In this document: positions 38,117 to 49,431 of the stretch, one piece after another | Numbering within the stretch: the stretch's first letter is position 1 | How the letters are laid out: every line of letters begins with the position of its first letter | Source: an uncultured Armatimonadia bacterium | GTDB taxonomy: Bacteria > Armatimonadota > Zipacnadia > CAVVLO01 | Reading direction: 5' to 3' | DNA: 64,000 nucleotides | Assembly (NCBI GenBank): GCA_963749155.1 | Contig: CAVVLO010000002.1 | Span: 1-64,000 of the forward strand | Made by a program: the position numbers and the translations under genes | The notes under the pieces: model-generated | The model's input: the letters and a program-made list of their open reading frames with translations, nothing else | What the model was told of the DNA's origin: nothing | The model's database searches: none

Positions 38117-39872
38117 AGTTACGCCCGAGCCACTTGGCCAGGTCGCTTGCACTACGAGTATTGAGAATAGCTTTTGCCTCAGCCCACCCTCGCCGGGCCG
38201 TCCATACGCCGTATTCCATAAGTTGAAGCTGGGAAGCATGATGAGCATCCGTGCCCAAAGCCAGCAAGCACCCTTGTTCGATGGCGCGCCGACAGTGCGT
38301 ATCTGACAGGTCTAACCGCTTCGGCTGAGCGTTCACTTCGAGCGCCTTGCCTTCTTCGGCAGCGACTTTGAAAACTTCTTCCAGATCCACGAGATACGGT
38401 TCTCGCTCGTTGATTAGCCGGCCCGTGGGATGGGCGAGAATCCTCACCAGGGGGTGCTGCAAGCCTTTCACCAGACGCGCTGTCTGCTGCGGCTCGGGCA
38501 GGTTGAACCGGCTGTGTACGGTCGCAAGGACGAGGTCGAGGCGCTCCAGCACTATATCCGGCAGGTCCAGGGTGCCATCCGGATGCAGGTCCACCTCACA
38601 GCCGGAAAAAAGGGTGAGGTCAGGAAACTGCTTGCGCGCCTTTTCAATTGCCTCAAGCTGTCCTAGCAAGCCTTCGGCGTCCAGTCCACCGGCCTGATGC
38701 TGGGAGACCGAGTGATCAGTAATAGCCAGGTATTCATAGCCTCGGGCCAAGGCTGCCTCACAGAGTGCTTCCAGACTGGACTGCCCATCGCTTGCCGTGG
38801 TGTGAAGGTGCAGGTCGCCGCGTATCTCTTCCAGCTCAACAAGCTTCGGCAGCCTGCCTTCTTCGGCCGCTTCGAACTCCCCCGTCGCCTGGCGTAGCTC
38901 AGGCGCAAAGCAAGGCAATCCCAACACTTCATAAACGCTCTCTTCGGTCTCGCCGGCCACTCGTGCATCGTCCTCCTCGCGGAAGACTCCATATTCGTTC
39001 ACTTTGAGACCTAGCTGCTTCGCTATATGGCGCACTCGAACATTATGGTCCTTGTTGCCGGTGAAATACTGCAGCGCAGCCCCGAAACTCTCCTCGGGCA
39101 CAGCTCGCAAGTCGACCTGCAAGCCGTTGCCCAGTATGACACTGGACCGGGTTGGCCCATGAGAAAGCACTCTGTCGACTCGAGGATGCCCAACAAAGGC
39201 TTCCATTACAGGCCCAGAGTCCTCACAGGTGACCAGCATATCCACATCGCCGATGGTTTCCTGGCGCCGGCGAAGACTGCCTCCGATGATTGCCTGCTGG
39301 ACGCCTTTAACCCCGCGTATACGTCTCAGCAAGTTTTCTGCGTGCTCTCTGGCCTCATCAAGTCGGAATCGCTGGCTGTGCCTGGCGGCCTGTTCAATGG
39401 CCATAAGGACGTTCTGCTCCAGCTTCTCACCAAAACCGGCAAGCTGGCGCAACTCTCCGTTAGCAGCAGCGGCCTGCAGTTGCTCGATGGTGGTGATACC
39501 GAGTTCCTGATAAATCTGGGCGGCGCGTTTCGGGCCAAATCCCTGCAGACTTGCAATCTCAAGCAACCCTGGGGGGAACTCTGCCCGCAGCTTCTCGAGG
39601 TAATCCAGCTTGCCCGTGGTGATGAGTTCGGTCAGCTTCTGCCCAATCGCCTCCCCGACGCCAGGCAGAGCTTCCAGAATGCCCTCGGCCAGCAGTTTAC
39701 TGGCCGGCTCGCTCAGGGTCTGAAGCGCCCGCGCAGCTCGCTCATACGCGCGCAGCTTGAAAGGGTTCTCCTTCTTCAACGCCAGCAGTACAGCGATATC
39801 TTCCATCGCCCTGGCCAGTTCGAGGTTGGTAAGTTCGTGGCTTTCTTGGAAATAATCGTCATCCGGTGGCAT
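38115..39872 (-). CDS. polX: DNA polymerase X / PHP 3'-5' exonuclease
   Basis: [53 protein letters not shown]. Confidence 0.95.
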   Translation of the reverse strand: MPPDDDYFQESHELTNLELARAMEDIAVLLALKKENPFKLRAYERAARALQTLSEPASKLLAEGILEALPGVGEAIGQKLTELITTGKLDYLEKLRAEFPPGLLEIASLQGFGPKRAAQIYQELGITTIEQLQAAAANGELRQLAGFGEKLEQNVLMAIEQAARHSQRFRLDEAREHAENLLRRIRGVKGVQQAIIGGSLRRRQETIGDVDMLVTCEDSGPVMEAFVGHPRVDRVLSHGPTRSSVILGNGLQVDLRAVPEESFGAALQYFTGNKDHNVRVRHIAKQLGLKVNEYGVFREEDDARVAGETEESVYEVLGLPCFAPELRQATGEFEAAEEGRLPKLVELEEIRGDLHLHTTASDGQSSLEALCEAALARGYEYLAITDHSVSQHQAGGLDAEGLLGQLEAIEKARKQFPDLTLFSGCEVDLHPDGTLDLPDIVLERLDLVLATVHSRFNLPEPQQTARLVKGLQHPLVRILAHPTGRLINEREPYLVDLEEVFKVAAEEGKALEVNAQPKRLDLSDTHCRRAIEQGCLLALGTDAHHASQLQLMEYGVWTARRGWAEAKAILNTRSASDLAKWLGRN

Positions 39873-39894
39873 AGTCTTTCCTCCTCCGGTGGTA

Positions 39895-41547
39895 TCAGGG
39901 AGCAAGTACCAACTGACTGAAATCTTCTTCGGGCAGCCTGCCTGCCTGGAGCAGTCCCCCTGTGACCTGATCCCAAAGCCAACTGAGCGAAGCGGCTGGT
40001 CGCTCTGACTTGAGCCGCTGGACCAGTTGCCTGATTTCCTCAGGTGTCGCGGCAACTGGTCTGGGCAACGCCTCTTCTGTTTTACGGAAATGGAAGACCA
40101 GATCATGCTTGTTTGGCTTGCCCGTGTTTATCTGATTATACGACCGTTGCCCGACTACCACCCGGGTTGGCGCCCCTCCCGCGAAAGCGAAGCCTGCCTG
40201 CCGCACAGCTTCCTGCAAGGCCCAGAGAGCATCCCACCGGCTGTTCTGGTAACAGAGGGAGAGCCACCGGCCTGGCTTCAGCACCCGCCGGCACTCAGCC
40301 AGGGCGGCGGTCAGCCCCTTTTGCCAATCCTCAAGGTGCTTGCCTTGAAACCGGTTTACGACCAGCTCGCTCCTGTCCCAGTCAGCAGGTAGACCAAGCC
40401 AGGCTTCAAAGAGGAAGTTAAGCTCGGAATATTGCACACTGTCTGCATAGGGCGGGTCGGTCAGCACATAATCTACCGACTCATCTGCAAGCTGTGAAAG
40501 GTCTCTGGCGTCTGCCTGAGCCAGCAGGGCCGGAGGTTGACCGGCAAGCTCCTGCTTAGCCAGTGCGAGCGCCCTGGCGACACTTTCGGCTTTGCCGAGG
40601 AACAGATTCCAGACATTGTTTTCACGCTGCACGGGAGGCACATAATAGGTGCCTCTGAGAGTGTTGCCATTGCTCAAGGTGCACATCCGCGTGCAGCCCA
40701 GCAGGTTGCCGGAAAAGGCCAGCAGCAAGGGACGCCTTTGGGCCTCTGGCAGCGCCTCTATGCCAGCTTTCAGCTTTCCAAGCACTGCCAGAGCGCGTCC
40801 AGTGAAGAGCTGCGCAAGCTCAGCTATTCCTGCTCTATGCAGTCTTGCGGTCTCCTTCCCTACCGGAAAACGCGCCTTGGGTACACTCTCCGGTACCGGT
40901 AAAGCCTCTGTTGCGCGCCACAGGGCAAGGTCTGCCTGGAAAGCCGGGGCGGTTAAGCCCCGTGAGGCAAGCTTTGGCTTGCATCCTGCCAGGCACTCAT
41001 ATCGCAGCCCAACTGGCTCTGTGTCGCCCACAGGAAGGGCCTGGCCCAACTTCGCGCCACAGCTCTCACAGCCCTCTTGCCTCTGTTCAAGCAACTGGCT
41101 ATGTCCACATTTGGCGCACTGGAAACGGGTGGCGTGGACATAATAACGAGCGCTGGCCTGGCCTCCACAGCGGTCGCAGGTGGTGGCATACAACTCTTGA
41201 AACTGCGCGACAAGCTCTGCCTTGAGGTGCTCCAGTCCGAGTCTCAGGTCGCTTGCGCTGGCGGGATCAACAAGCTGCCTGGTCAGCCAGACAGCGAGGG
41301 GTGAGAGATCATAGGCCACAGCTTGCCTGCCAAGTGAACGTGCCGCAAAAGCGGTGCCCCCAGCCCCGCACATAGGATCAAGCACTACTTCGCCCGGATC
41401 CGTGAAATACTCGATGAGCTGCCTGAGCGCCTGGTGAGGTTTTTTCGAAGGATAAACGTGCAGGTCGTAAAGGGGCGAACGCCGATTGCTCACGCTAATC
41501 TCGGCGGGAGGTGAAAGGTGCTCTCCGCGCTTGTCAGCGGAGGCCAT
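39895..41547 (-). CDS. Amino (N6A/N4C) DNA methyltransferase with zinc-ribbon insert
   Basis: YPSKKP, DPMCGAGGT, CxxC clusters, TDPPY, RVLKPG. Confidence 0.85.
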   Translation of the reverse strand: MASADKRGEHLSPPAEISVSNRRSPLYDLHVYPSKKPHQALRQLIEYFTDPGEVVLDPMCGAGGTAFAARSLGRQAVAYDLSPLAVWLTRQLVDPASASDLRLGLEHLKAELVAQFQELYATTCDRCGGQASARYYVHATRFQCAKCGHSQLLEQRQEGCESCGAKLGQALPVGDTEPVGLRYECLAGCKPKLASRGLTAPAFQADLALWRATEALPVPESVPKARFPVGKETARLHRAGIAELAQLFTGRALAVLGKLKAGIEALPEAQRRPLLLAFSGNLLGCTRMCTLSNGNTLRGTYYVPPVQRENNVWNLFLGKAESVARALALAKQELAGQPPALLAQADARDLSQLADESVDYVLTDPPYADSVQYSELNFLFEAWLGLPADWDRSELVVNRFQGKHLEDWQKGLTAALAECRRVLKPGRWLSLCYQNSRWDALWALQEAVRQAGFAFAGGAPTRVVVGQRSYNQINTGKPNKHDLVFHFRKTEEALPRPVAATPEEIRQLVQRLKSERPAASLSWLWDQVTGGLLQAGRLPEEDFSQLVLAP

Positions 41548-41561
41548 ATGCCACTCGGAGG

Positions 41562-41771
41562 CTAGCTTGCGCCTTCGGTTTGGGTGTTCCGGCGCAATTC
41601 CTCAAGGAGTTTATCGGCCTTCTTCAAAGCGGAGTCGATTTTGCGCTCCACATTGCCGGCACTCTTACCGCGGCGCTTGAAGTACTCTACCAGGCTAGCG
41701 ATGGCGAGTGCCGAGGCCACCAGCACCACAAGCCAGGCGAGTAGATTCATACCCTTGCCGCTACGGCTCAT
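41562..41771 (-). CDS. Small single-TM coiled-coil protein
   Basis: SD GGAGG; TM segment then charged helix. Confidence 0.6.
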   Translation of the reverse strand: MSRSGKGMNLLAWLVVLVASALAIASLVEYFKRRGKSAGNVERKIDSALKKADKLLEELRRNTQTEGAS

Positions 41772-41839
41772 AGGACCCTCCAACCAGTGAGAACAACGAA
41801 TAAGCGCTGAGTTAGTATAGCCGCTTGATGCCCCTGTGG

Positions 41840-42718
41840 TCAACGCGCAGCGGGCGCTTTCCTTGTCATGGGAGCAAAAATACAGGCGCGCGGGGCTTCT
41901 GACTTCGCCAGGTTATTTACGCCAACCAGTAGATCGCTACGATTCAGTCCCAAAGGTTCGGCAGCTTGCCTTACAGCCTGGTCAGTCTGACCAAGGGAAG
42001 CGGTGCGGGCAAGCAGCAAATGGAGCATCATCCGGGTCGGCGAGACCGATAAAGACCGCCGCTCGAGGTCGGTCACTGCGCTCCTGGCCGCTTTGGAGGC
42101 GTCGCTGGCCTCTTCATCACTTAGTCCGGCTAGCATAATCCTGCTGCCTTCAGCGGCCCACTTCAGGTCAGCAGGCTGGGTAGGCAGTGCCCCTTCCTGG
42201 GAGCAGAAGGCTGTCAGGTGCTCGAGCAGCCTGGCTGCCCGATGACCGCGCTGGGCGAACAGCTCCTGGATGGGTGTGACTTTGAGTTGCTCGGAGGGGG
42301 GCAACTGGTCCCATATCACGAGGTCGAAGCAACCTTTTGCAAACTCGACGAGTTCGGCCGAGAGCCCTTCGAGGTTAGCCGAACCAGGGCGCATCGGATC
42401 AGCCATCAGAATCAGCACCGAAAGCTCCGAAGAGACTTTCCCCACCTCGGCGGCAAGTGCTGTCCCGCCTCCGCGCTGCCATTCTTCGACTCCCGCAAGC
42501 GCTATCACGTGAGTGACTCCAGCCAGTTCGCGCTTCAACTCGCGACGCCAGCCAGCTTCACTGCGCAGCAACAGGAAATCAGCGTTGCGGACGAGTCCTG
42601 GCCGGTCCGAAGTAATAAGCACCGAGCGCGCGCCGGGCAGCACCACTTCGCTACTCAGCACCCATTCGCCGAGTTGCTCCATCGCCAGTATCAGCGTCTT
42701 GTTTGAATCCGGCATCAT
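41840..42718 (-). CDS. Degenerate FtsZ/tubulin-like protein
   Basis: Colinear resemblance to the FtsZ GTPase and C-terminal domains, but with no GGGTGTG and no T7 NxD. Confidence 0.6.
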   Translation of the reverse strand: [292 protein letters not shown]

Positions 42719-42819
42719 CCACGCCTGCCCTGCAAAACTCTCTTGCCGGCAGTATAGCACGCCTTCTGTTCCAGTCGACTTGTTTGACACATAAGAGGCC
42801 CTCTCCTAAGATGCCGCCG

Positions 42820-44137
42820 ATGAGTGAATATCTCGAAACCGCCGCACTTGCCGATTCCTTCGCGCGTTCGCTCAGACCTCGTGGCAGGCTGACTGTGCCG
42901 GGCGGTCTGTTGCGCGCGCTTTGGCGCTATCTGGCCGAGCAACTGGGAGAGGACTGGCAAGAGCACCGGAAGCCCCAGCTCGCGGCCAGGGTGCAGGCGC
43001 TTTCGTCCTGGTATGCGGATCGCTCTCAGCCCTTACCGCCCGATCCGGATTATCACGCGGCGGCTTATGCAGCCTATTTCGTGCCGATGAACTTCCCCAA
43101 GCTGGAGGTCCTGCTGCCTGACTTGCTGCGCGCCAATCTGCTGAAGCCAACTCTGCGAGTGCTGGATCTGGGCTCTGGCCCCGGCACGATTGGATTATCG
43201 CTTATTGATGCGCTAGCGCGCCTGCGGCAGCTCTGGCCAACCGAACAACAAGTGCCCGAGTTGACTCTCGACCTGCAACAGGTCGACCTGGATGCCGAAT
43301 TTGTTGAGGCTGCCCATTGGCTTATTAACTATTACTCAAATCAGTTTGAAGGCGTAAATTGCTGCCTCCACCCTACAGTGACAGGCTCACTTCTGGATGA
43401 GGCAGTGTGGCAGTCAAGTCCAGGGCAAGCAATACGACCTGATAGTCTTCTGCAATGTACTAAATGAGTTATCGACGCTTTCCTGGCCTGAGAGGGCCGA
43501 ACTGGTGCAACGGTACAGTGAAGCACTGGCTCCCGATGGCACACTGGTGCTTATCGAACCTGCGGTAGAAGAAGCTTCGCTAGGAGTGAGAGAGGTACAG
43601 ACAAGCTTGATAGAAGCAGGCTGGACGCTTTTTGCTCCCTGTTATATAACCGCTGAGACCTTCACGCCTGAGGCCTGCCGAAAGTGCTGGTGGGTCGATG
43701 GAGAAGGAGTTGCCCCGATTCGGTTGATCCAGGAGCTAGGCCTCATGCGGCTTAACACTCGTTTTACCTGGGCGCTGCTGCGCAAGGATGGGCGCAGCCG
43801 ACATGAAGCCCTGCTGCAGCAAGGCTTCGAGATACCTGCTTTCGAACCCGGAAGAGAAGAACTGGTGGGTTTCTGCGCGGGCAGCAACCTTTACCGGGAC
43901 AAACACTTCAGGTACAAACTCTGCGATGCCAGGCATGGCGCCAATTATGTCCATCTGCTTGGATATAAACAATTGATTAGTGACTCTAATCAGCAACTCC
44001 GTGCTCTTCGCCCAGGAGACCTGGTATGCGTGCATCCCGCCGAATTCACGACGCGCGATGATGGCACACCGGTCAGCAGTGATTGGGTAGTCCACGTTGG
44101 GCGCACAAGCGAATTGGCAAAGCTGGAGTCACGCTAG
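42820..44137 (+). CDS. Class I SAM-dependent methyltransferase (Rsm22-like); frameshift near 43415
   Basis: AYAAYFVP.NF.K, VLDLGSGPGT, YDLIVFCNVLNEL, LVLIEPA, APC. Confidence 0.8.
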
Positions 44138-44284
44138 ACGCATTACGTTTCATTTCTGTAAACAACCTCAATCCTTCTGTTACATCTGATACCCTTTGAA
44201 CACTTGGACAGGCGCCTTGGCTGCCTGACTCTTCCTTGGATTCCTTTTTCGCCGAAAAACTTGTAACAATTCGTCTCGCTACAG

Positions 44285-44312
44285 TTGACAAACTGTAACA
44301 GACTGCTATGAT
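44285..44312 (+). promoter_or_regulatory. sigma70 promoter with an overlapping inverted repeat
   Basis: TTGACA-N16-TATGAT with extended TG; ACAGTT-GACA-AACTGT covers the -35. Confidence 0.6.
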
Positions 44313-44582
44313 GATAATAGTTTAATGAATGTGGCTCGAAGGCGCCGGCCCTTACTGCCCAAACACCAAGGCTTGCCAGTCGAGTGATCGCAGCACTTCA
44401 TCGCAGCAACCATCGCAGTCCTTCTACACAGCCTTGGCCAACGGTTCGCCCGGTTTCATTAGCTGGGCAATTTACTGTAATGGTGGCCCTTCCACAGCCA
44501 AACGCCCAGCTTTGCTGTACCTGCAGTTTATCAGCCAAACAAGGGCTTGGAGGCCCTGATTAATCTTAGGGAGAGTGGAAAG

Positions 44583-45623
44583 ATGAAACTCGGTTATCTC
44601 TTATTTGTTGTGTTGTTTGTTCTGTCGCTTGCTTTTGTAGCAGGCGCCCAGACGCTTGATTGCTCCGGTCGCCCAGGCGGCAGTGGTGGAGGCTGCGGCG
44701 GAGGCTGCGGTGGAGGTTGTGGGCAGCCTTGCGATGGCCTGGTAACGGTCATAAGCGATGATGCTTGTGTCGTGACTGATGACAACGTTAACTGGAACCA
44801 TGCGGTCGAGATCGACTTTCCTATCTGGCCAAATGAACTGACGGACACCTACGGCGCGCAGTACATTTGGGCCTGCCAGCTTCCGGTACCGCTGTCTTAC
44901 TTCGGCCCTTACCGATTCACCAAAGTATTCTACCTGCCGCGCAGTCGCAGTTATGACGGCTGGATCAAGGCGACCGCCGACAACTGCTACATGATGTATG
45001 TGAATGGTCAGTTCATTGGCGGCACTTGTCAGTCAGAGCTTCCTAGTGGCGATCCACTGGAATATATGACCAACGCAGGTGGAGTCGAGGTTGACCCGCG
45101 TCAGTGGGCCATTCCCGAGGAATTCGTGCTGGATGAGACCGTCCTGCATCCTGGCTGGAACTGCATTGACTGTTATGGGACCAACTGGCTGACCTTCTGG
45201 CTCAACGGCAGACAGATGAACGTAAATCCAGGCGAGGGCAATCCCGCAGGCGTCATCTTTGCTGCTCAGATCCATCACGATTGCTATACCTCAATCAAGA
45301 TGACTCCCCAGGCGCTCAACAACACCAGCAGCGGCAAGTATGTGAAACTTCATATTGCGAAGGCGCCCGAATCTTGGCACACCGGTTGGCAGAATCTTCT
45401 GCTTAACGGCGAGATAGCTCCTCTGGAGGCCAAGAGCCTGGGCGGAGCAGCTTGCGCTGGCGCGCTGCAGGTCGTCTACTCGCGTCAGGCTGTCGAGGAA
45501 TGGCTTGCTGCTAATGTCTACAACGCTGGCACCTGGGAAGGGCGTTATACCTTCTGGGTGGAATATGATGGTTTCTTCGGCGAGGACAATATCAAGATAA
45601 TGGATCCGCCGAAATTCAAGTAA
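44583..45623 (+). CDS. Secreted protein with a Gly/Cys repeat and a galactose-binding-like jelly-roll domain
   Basis: Signal peptide; GGGC x3; ATADNCYMMYVNGQFIG...LHPGWN...NPAGVIF. Confidence 0.7.
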   Translation: MKLGYLLFVVLFVLSLAFVAGAQTLDCSGRPGGSGGGCGGGCGGGCGQPCDGLVTVISDDACVVTDDNVNWNHAVEIDFPIWPNELTDTYGAQYIWACQLPVPLSYFGPYRFTKVFYLPRSRSYDGWIKATADNCYMMYVNGQFIGGTCQSELPSGDPLEYMTNAGGVEVDPRQWAIPEEFVLDETVLHPGWNCIDCYGTNWLTFWLNGRQMNVNPGEGNPAGVIFAAQIHHDCYTSIKMTPQALNNTSSGKYVKLHIAKAPESWHTGWQNLLLNGEIAPLEAKSLGGAACAGALQVVYSRQAVEEWLAANVYNAGTWEGRYTFWVEYDGFFGEDNIKIMDPPKFK

Positions 45624-45649
45624 GTGATAACTGGCCCTGGGTAATATCA

Positions 45650-45684
45650 AGACGGCGGGCTCCAAGCCCGCCGTCTCTCTTTTT
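45650..45684 (+). terminator. Intrinsic terminator
   Basis: AGACGGCGGGCT/AGCCCGCCGTCT stem plus T-tract. Confidence 0.85.
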
Positions 45685-45735
45685 GTCAGCCCTATGTATA
45701 ATAAAGGTATTCTCTTGGAGAAGGAGCCTGCGCAT

Positions 45736-46629
45736 ATGCCGTGGACTGGAGTCATACCTGCTGTCGTAACTCCCTTTAACTCAGCGGGAGAACTCGAACC
45801 TGCACTGCTGGAAGGGGTAATTGAATATCTATTGGAGGCAGGTTGCTCTGGCCTGTTCGTTGCGGGCACTCGTGGAGAGGCAATTACCCTGTCAGCCGAA
45901 GAGCGCGCAACCGTCTTGCGGACTACAGTCGCCAGGACGGCTGGCGCGGTGCCTGTCTTCTTTGGGATAGGCATGGCTAGCACCAGAGAGACCCTGCAAT
46001 ATGCGGCAATGGGGGCTGAATACGGCGCTGATGTGCTTGTAGTGGTAGAGCCTTACTTTTTCAAATACTCGCAAGAAGAACTCCAGGCTCATTATGCCAC
46101 GATTGCAGAGGGCGCTACCCGCCCAGTTATGGCCTACCATCTGCCTCAATTGACAGGCAACTCGCTTGCGCCCCAAACCCTGGCCAGGCTGGCTCTCCAT
46201 CGCAACCTGGTCGGCGTGAAGGACAGCGGGCCCGACCTGCTCAACACAAGAGCATATCTGGAGCAGACCCCGGATGACTTCACTGTGCTGGTAGGGAATG
46301 ATATCGCCATACCCGCGGCCCTGCTAATGGGCGCCCATGGTATCATCTCGGGCCCCTCCAATGTGTTGCCTCGGCTCTATGTAGCGCTCTTTGAAGCTTG
46401 CCAGAGTGGCAACCTGACCGAGCAACAGCGCCTTTATGGGCTGGAACTTGAATTGCTTCAGGCCTTGACTGGATATGGCAGTCAGGGGGCTACTACCAAG
46501 GAAGCAATGCGCTCACTAGGTATCGATGCAGGGTTGGCCAGGCGCCCTTCCCTGCCCTCATCGCCTGAAAACCAGGCCAGGCTAGCCCAGCGTGTGCTTG
46601 ACCTCGAACGGAGGCTGGCTGGCAATTGA
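45736..46629 (+). CDS. Dihydrodipicolinate synthase (DapA/NanA) family aldolase
   Basis: PAVVTPF, GTRGE, YHLPQLTG, GVKDS. Confidence 0.9.
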   Translation: MPWTGVIPAVVTPFNSAGELEPALLEGVIEYLLEAGCSGLFVAGTRGEAITLSAEERATVLRTTVARTAGAVPVFFGIGMASTRETLQYAAMGAEYGADVLVVVEPYFFKYSQEELQAHYATIAEGATRPVMAYHLPQLTGNSLAPQTLARLALHRNLVGVKDSGPDLLNTRAYLEQTPDDFTVLVGNDIAIPAALLMGAHGIISGPSNVLPRLYVALFEACQSGNLTEQQRLYGLELELLQALTGYGSQGATTKEAMRSLGIDAGLARRPSLPSSPENQARLAQRVLDLERRLAGN

Positions 46630-47691
46630 AGCGTAGCCTCTCCAGGCAAGAATCCCAAAGCCTGCGCTGGTATTTACAGCCAAGACTCGCCGGCAGTCTG
46701 TTGTTTTCCTGGGGCGCCCTGGTCTGGTACCTGCAGGTAAATACTCTGGTACTCGACCTTGCGCGCATAAAAGCCCTTCTGGCCTACATAATCCTGTTGC
46801 TCTTTGCCTGGCTTGCCCTTGCTTCGGCGCAGCATACTCGGGAACTGACTGGCCAGGGGAGGCCTTTGCTGATAGTCGCCTCGTCTCTGGCTACGCTACC
46901 TAGCCCTTGGAGTGATTTATGCCAAGCTGACCGTGCTACCAGAGACCGTTCCCTTTGTCCACAAGTTCGAGCAGGTGGAACTGCCCGCCGAGGGGGGCAC
47001 TGTCTCAGGTTTCTACTTCTCACCCAAAGCCCCCAAGTCGGCAGTATTGCTTGTGCATGACCTGGGCGCCCAGTCCCATACGCCGGCGATGGCAACTCTG
47101 GCCGACCAACTGGCTCAACAGCACGCGGTGTTGACTCTCGACCTGCCAGGCCACGGCCGGAGCGGAGGGCAAGCGGGAGGAGACGTAACTGGGCTATTAT
47201 TTGAGGCAGTCAGTTTACTGAAGCAACGCGCCTTGGGCGCTCCGGTAGTTGGCCTTGGGGTTGGATTTGGGGCTATCTACCTCCTTGCTGCCGAGAAAAA
47301 GGAACCTGCCTTCCAGTCCTTGGTGCTGGTAAGTCCTGCCTATTCTGATGCGCTAGTTCAGCAATTCTGTACTCGTTCGGAGGGCCCGGTAGTGCGCTAT
47401 ATGTATCGGGTAGCAGGCATCAGACTGGCGCGCAAGGTGACCTGCACGGCGCCCGAGACTCTGCTTGCCTCGACAAAGGCCTTCCCTCGCACTCTGCTGA
47501 TTGCTGGCAAGAGCGACGGCGTGTTCCCTCCGGATGAAGCCGAACAAATCCAAAAACAGCTTCCCGCAGGCTCAGCCAAATTGGAGTTGCTGCCTGGCTC
47601 TCATGGGGAGGCCCTGTATGCAGACCAGCCAGACGAGTTCTACACACTGATTGAGAAGTGGCTTGCAGAAACAAGCTCTGGCCCTGACTAA
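46626..47691 (+). CDS. Membrane-anchored alpha/beta-hydrolase fold protein; frameshift near 46900
   Basis: N-terminal TMs; VLLVHDLG, DLPGHGRSGG, GVGFGA, GKSDGVFP, GSHG. Confidence 0.7.
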
Positions 47692-47783
47692 CTGGCCAGG
47701 CCTGCAAAGCCTGCCTCTCTCCTGCTATAATCCATCGCCGGCGCGAAGTCCACACCTCGCTTGCCAAACCACAAAGGGCATCT

Positions 47784-49428
47784 GATGACTGATACACCTG
47801 ACAAAGAATTGCTTGCCGAGGCTGAACAGGCCCCCAAGCTTATGGCTACAACCGGCCGCGCAATGGCCGGCGCGGCTGCCATTATGATGATTACGATATT
47901 CCTTGCGCGCATATTGGGCGTGGTGAGGGAGAGCGTAACTGTCTATGTCTTCGGTAGCGCCTCAATGGAGATGGCCGCTATCGAAGCCGCGCTTACTGTG
48001 CCCAATCTTATTTTTTACCTGGTTGCAGGAGGGGCGGTACGCAGCGGCTTTGTGCCCGTTTTCACTGGCTTTGTCGCCAAGAAGCAATATCGTGAGGCCT
48101 GGGGACTATTCAGCAACTACACTACTTTCCTGGTAGTAGTCGGAGGCCTAGTCCTGACGCTATGCGTGGTGTTCGCAAGGCCTCTGGTGCATATCGCGGC
48201 GCCTGGCTTTGAAGGCTCTCAGCTTGATATGGCCGTCCAGCTTACCCGGTGGATGCTTCCAGTGCAGCTCTTCTTGCTGCTTGGAGGCCTTTTTGGAGGC
48301 CTGCTTAATACTCTGGGGGTCTTCTGGACACCGGCTCTTGCGCCCATTCTTTACAATGCTGGCATAATTGGCTGCGTGCTGGTGCTTAGCCCCAGCCTGG
48401 GGGCACTCAGCTTTGCGGTCGGGATGCTGGTTGGCGCAGTAGGTGGTCATTTCCTGATCCAGTTGCCCTCCCTTTTCATCCACAAGATCCGTTTCTGGCC
48501 TAACTTCCATTGGAGCGATGAAGGCTTCAAGACCGTACTAAAAATAGCAGTACCTATTATCGTGGGACTGACGGCTGTTGAGATAAATGGCCGCGTCAAT
48601 ATCGCTCTTGCTTCCTGGATTTCGAATGAAGCGGTCGTCGCGCTGGGCCGGGCTTTCAGAGTCGCAAGGCTTCCTGATGGCATATTCGCCATGGGAGTAG
48701 GCATTGCAATGTTGCCAGCGCTTTCTCATATTGGCGCGATGGCCGAGATGCAGCGTTTTAGAGATACTCTGGCAACTGCCTTGCGGGCCATTATCGTGGC
48801 AACGGTCCCTTCGGCGGCCTTGTTGTTAGTGCTTAGAGAACCAGTAATGGCTTTGATTTATCAGCATGGCGACAAGGTAAGGCCAGAGGACATCCGCCTG
48901 ATGGCGATAATCCTGGCCTTTTACGCCTTGGGCATCGTACCGCTGTCACTTCGGGTAGTGCTGACACGTGCCTTCTATGCGCTCAAGAATAGCTGGGTTC
49001 CTGCAGTGGTAGGCTGTATCGAAGTAGTGCTTTGCATAACGCTCAACTTTCTTACAGTGAAACATTTCGGCGCCTGGGGACTTGCCCTGGGCACCTCTAT
49101 CGCCAGCCTTGTCGCCATGGTTATAATGTTTTGGGCTTTTTACAAGAAGGTCGGCCCGCTTGGCGCCCGCAGGATGGGCAGTGGGCTCATCAAGACTGGG
49201 ATGGCCGCTGTCGGGATGAGCGTTGTAGCCAGTTTCACCTATGAGGGCCTGTTTGCCGTACTTCCCCAGGGGCTGATGGGGATGGCTCTCTCGTTTTTGG
49301 TGGCGACCTGTCTTTCGGTTGCCAGCTACCTGGCCTTTTGCAAAGGCCTGGGCGTTGAAGAAATCAATCTGGTACTTTCCGGCCTGACGCGTCGGTTCAG
49401 GCCAAAATCAAGCACTACCCAAGGTTAG
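47784..49428 (+). CDS. murJ: Lipid II flippase
   Basis: ARILGVVRE, VPN...GGA..SGFVPVF, LPDGIF, RAFYA; many TMs. Confidence 0.92.
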
Positions 49429-49431
49429 GTA

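Noticed and set aside
39873..40106. Extended N-terminus of PolX given by the ORF track
   Set aside because: It overlaps the methyltransferase gene; a strong SD supports ATG 39872.
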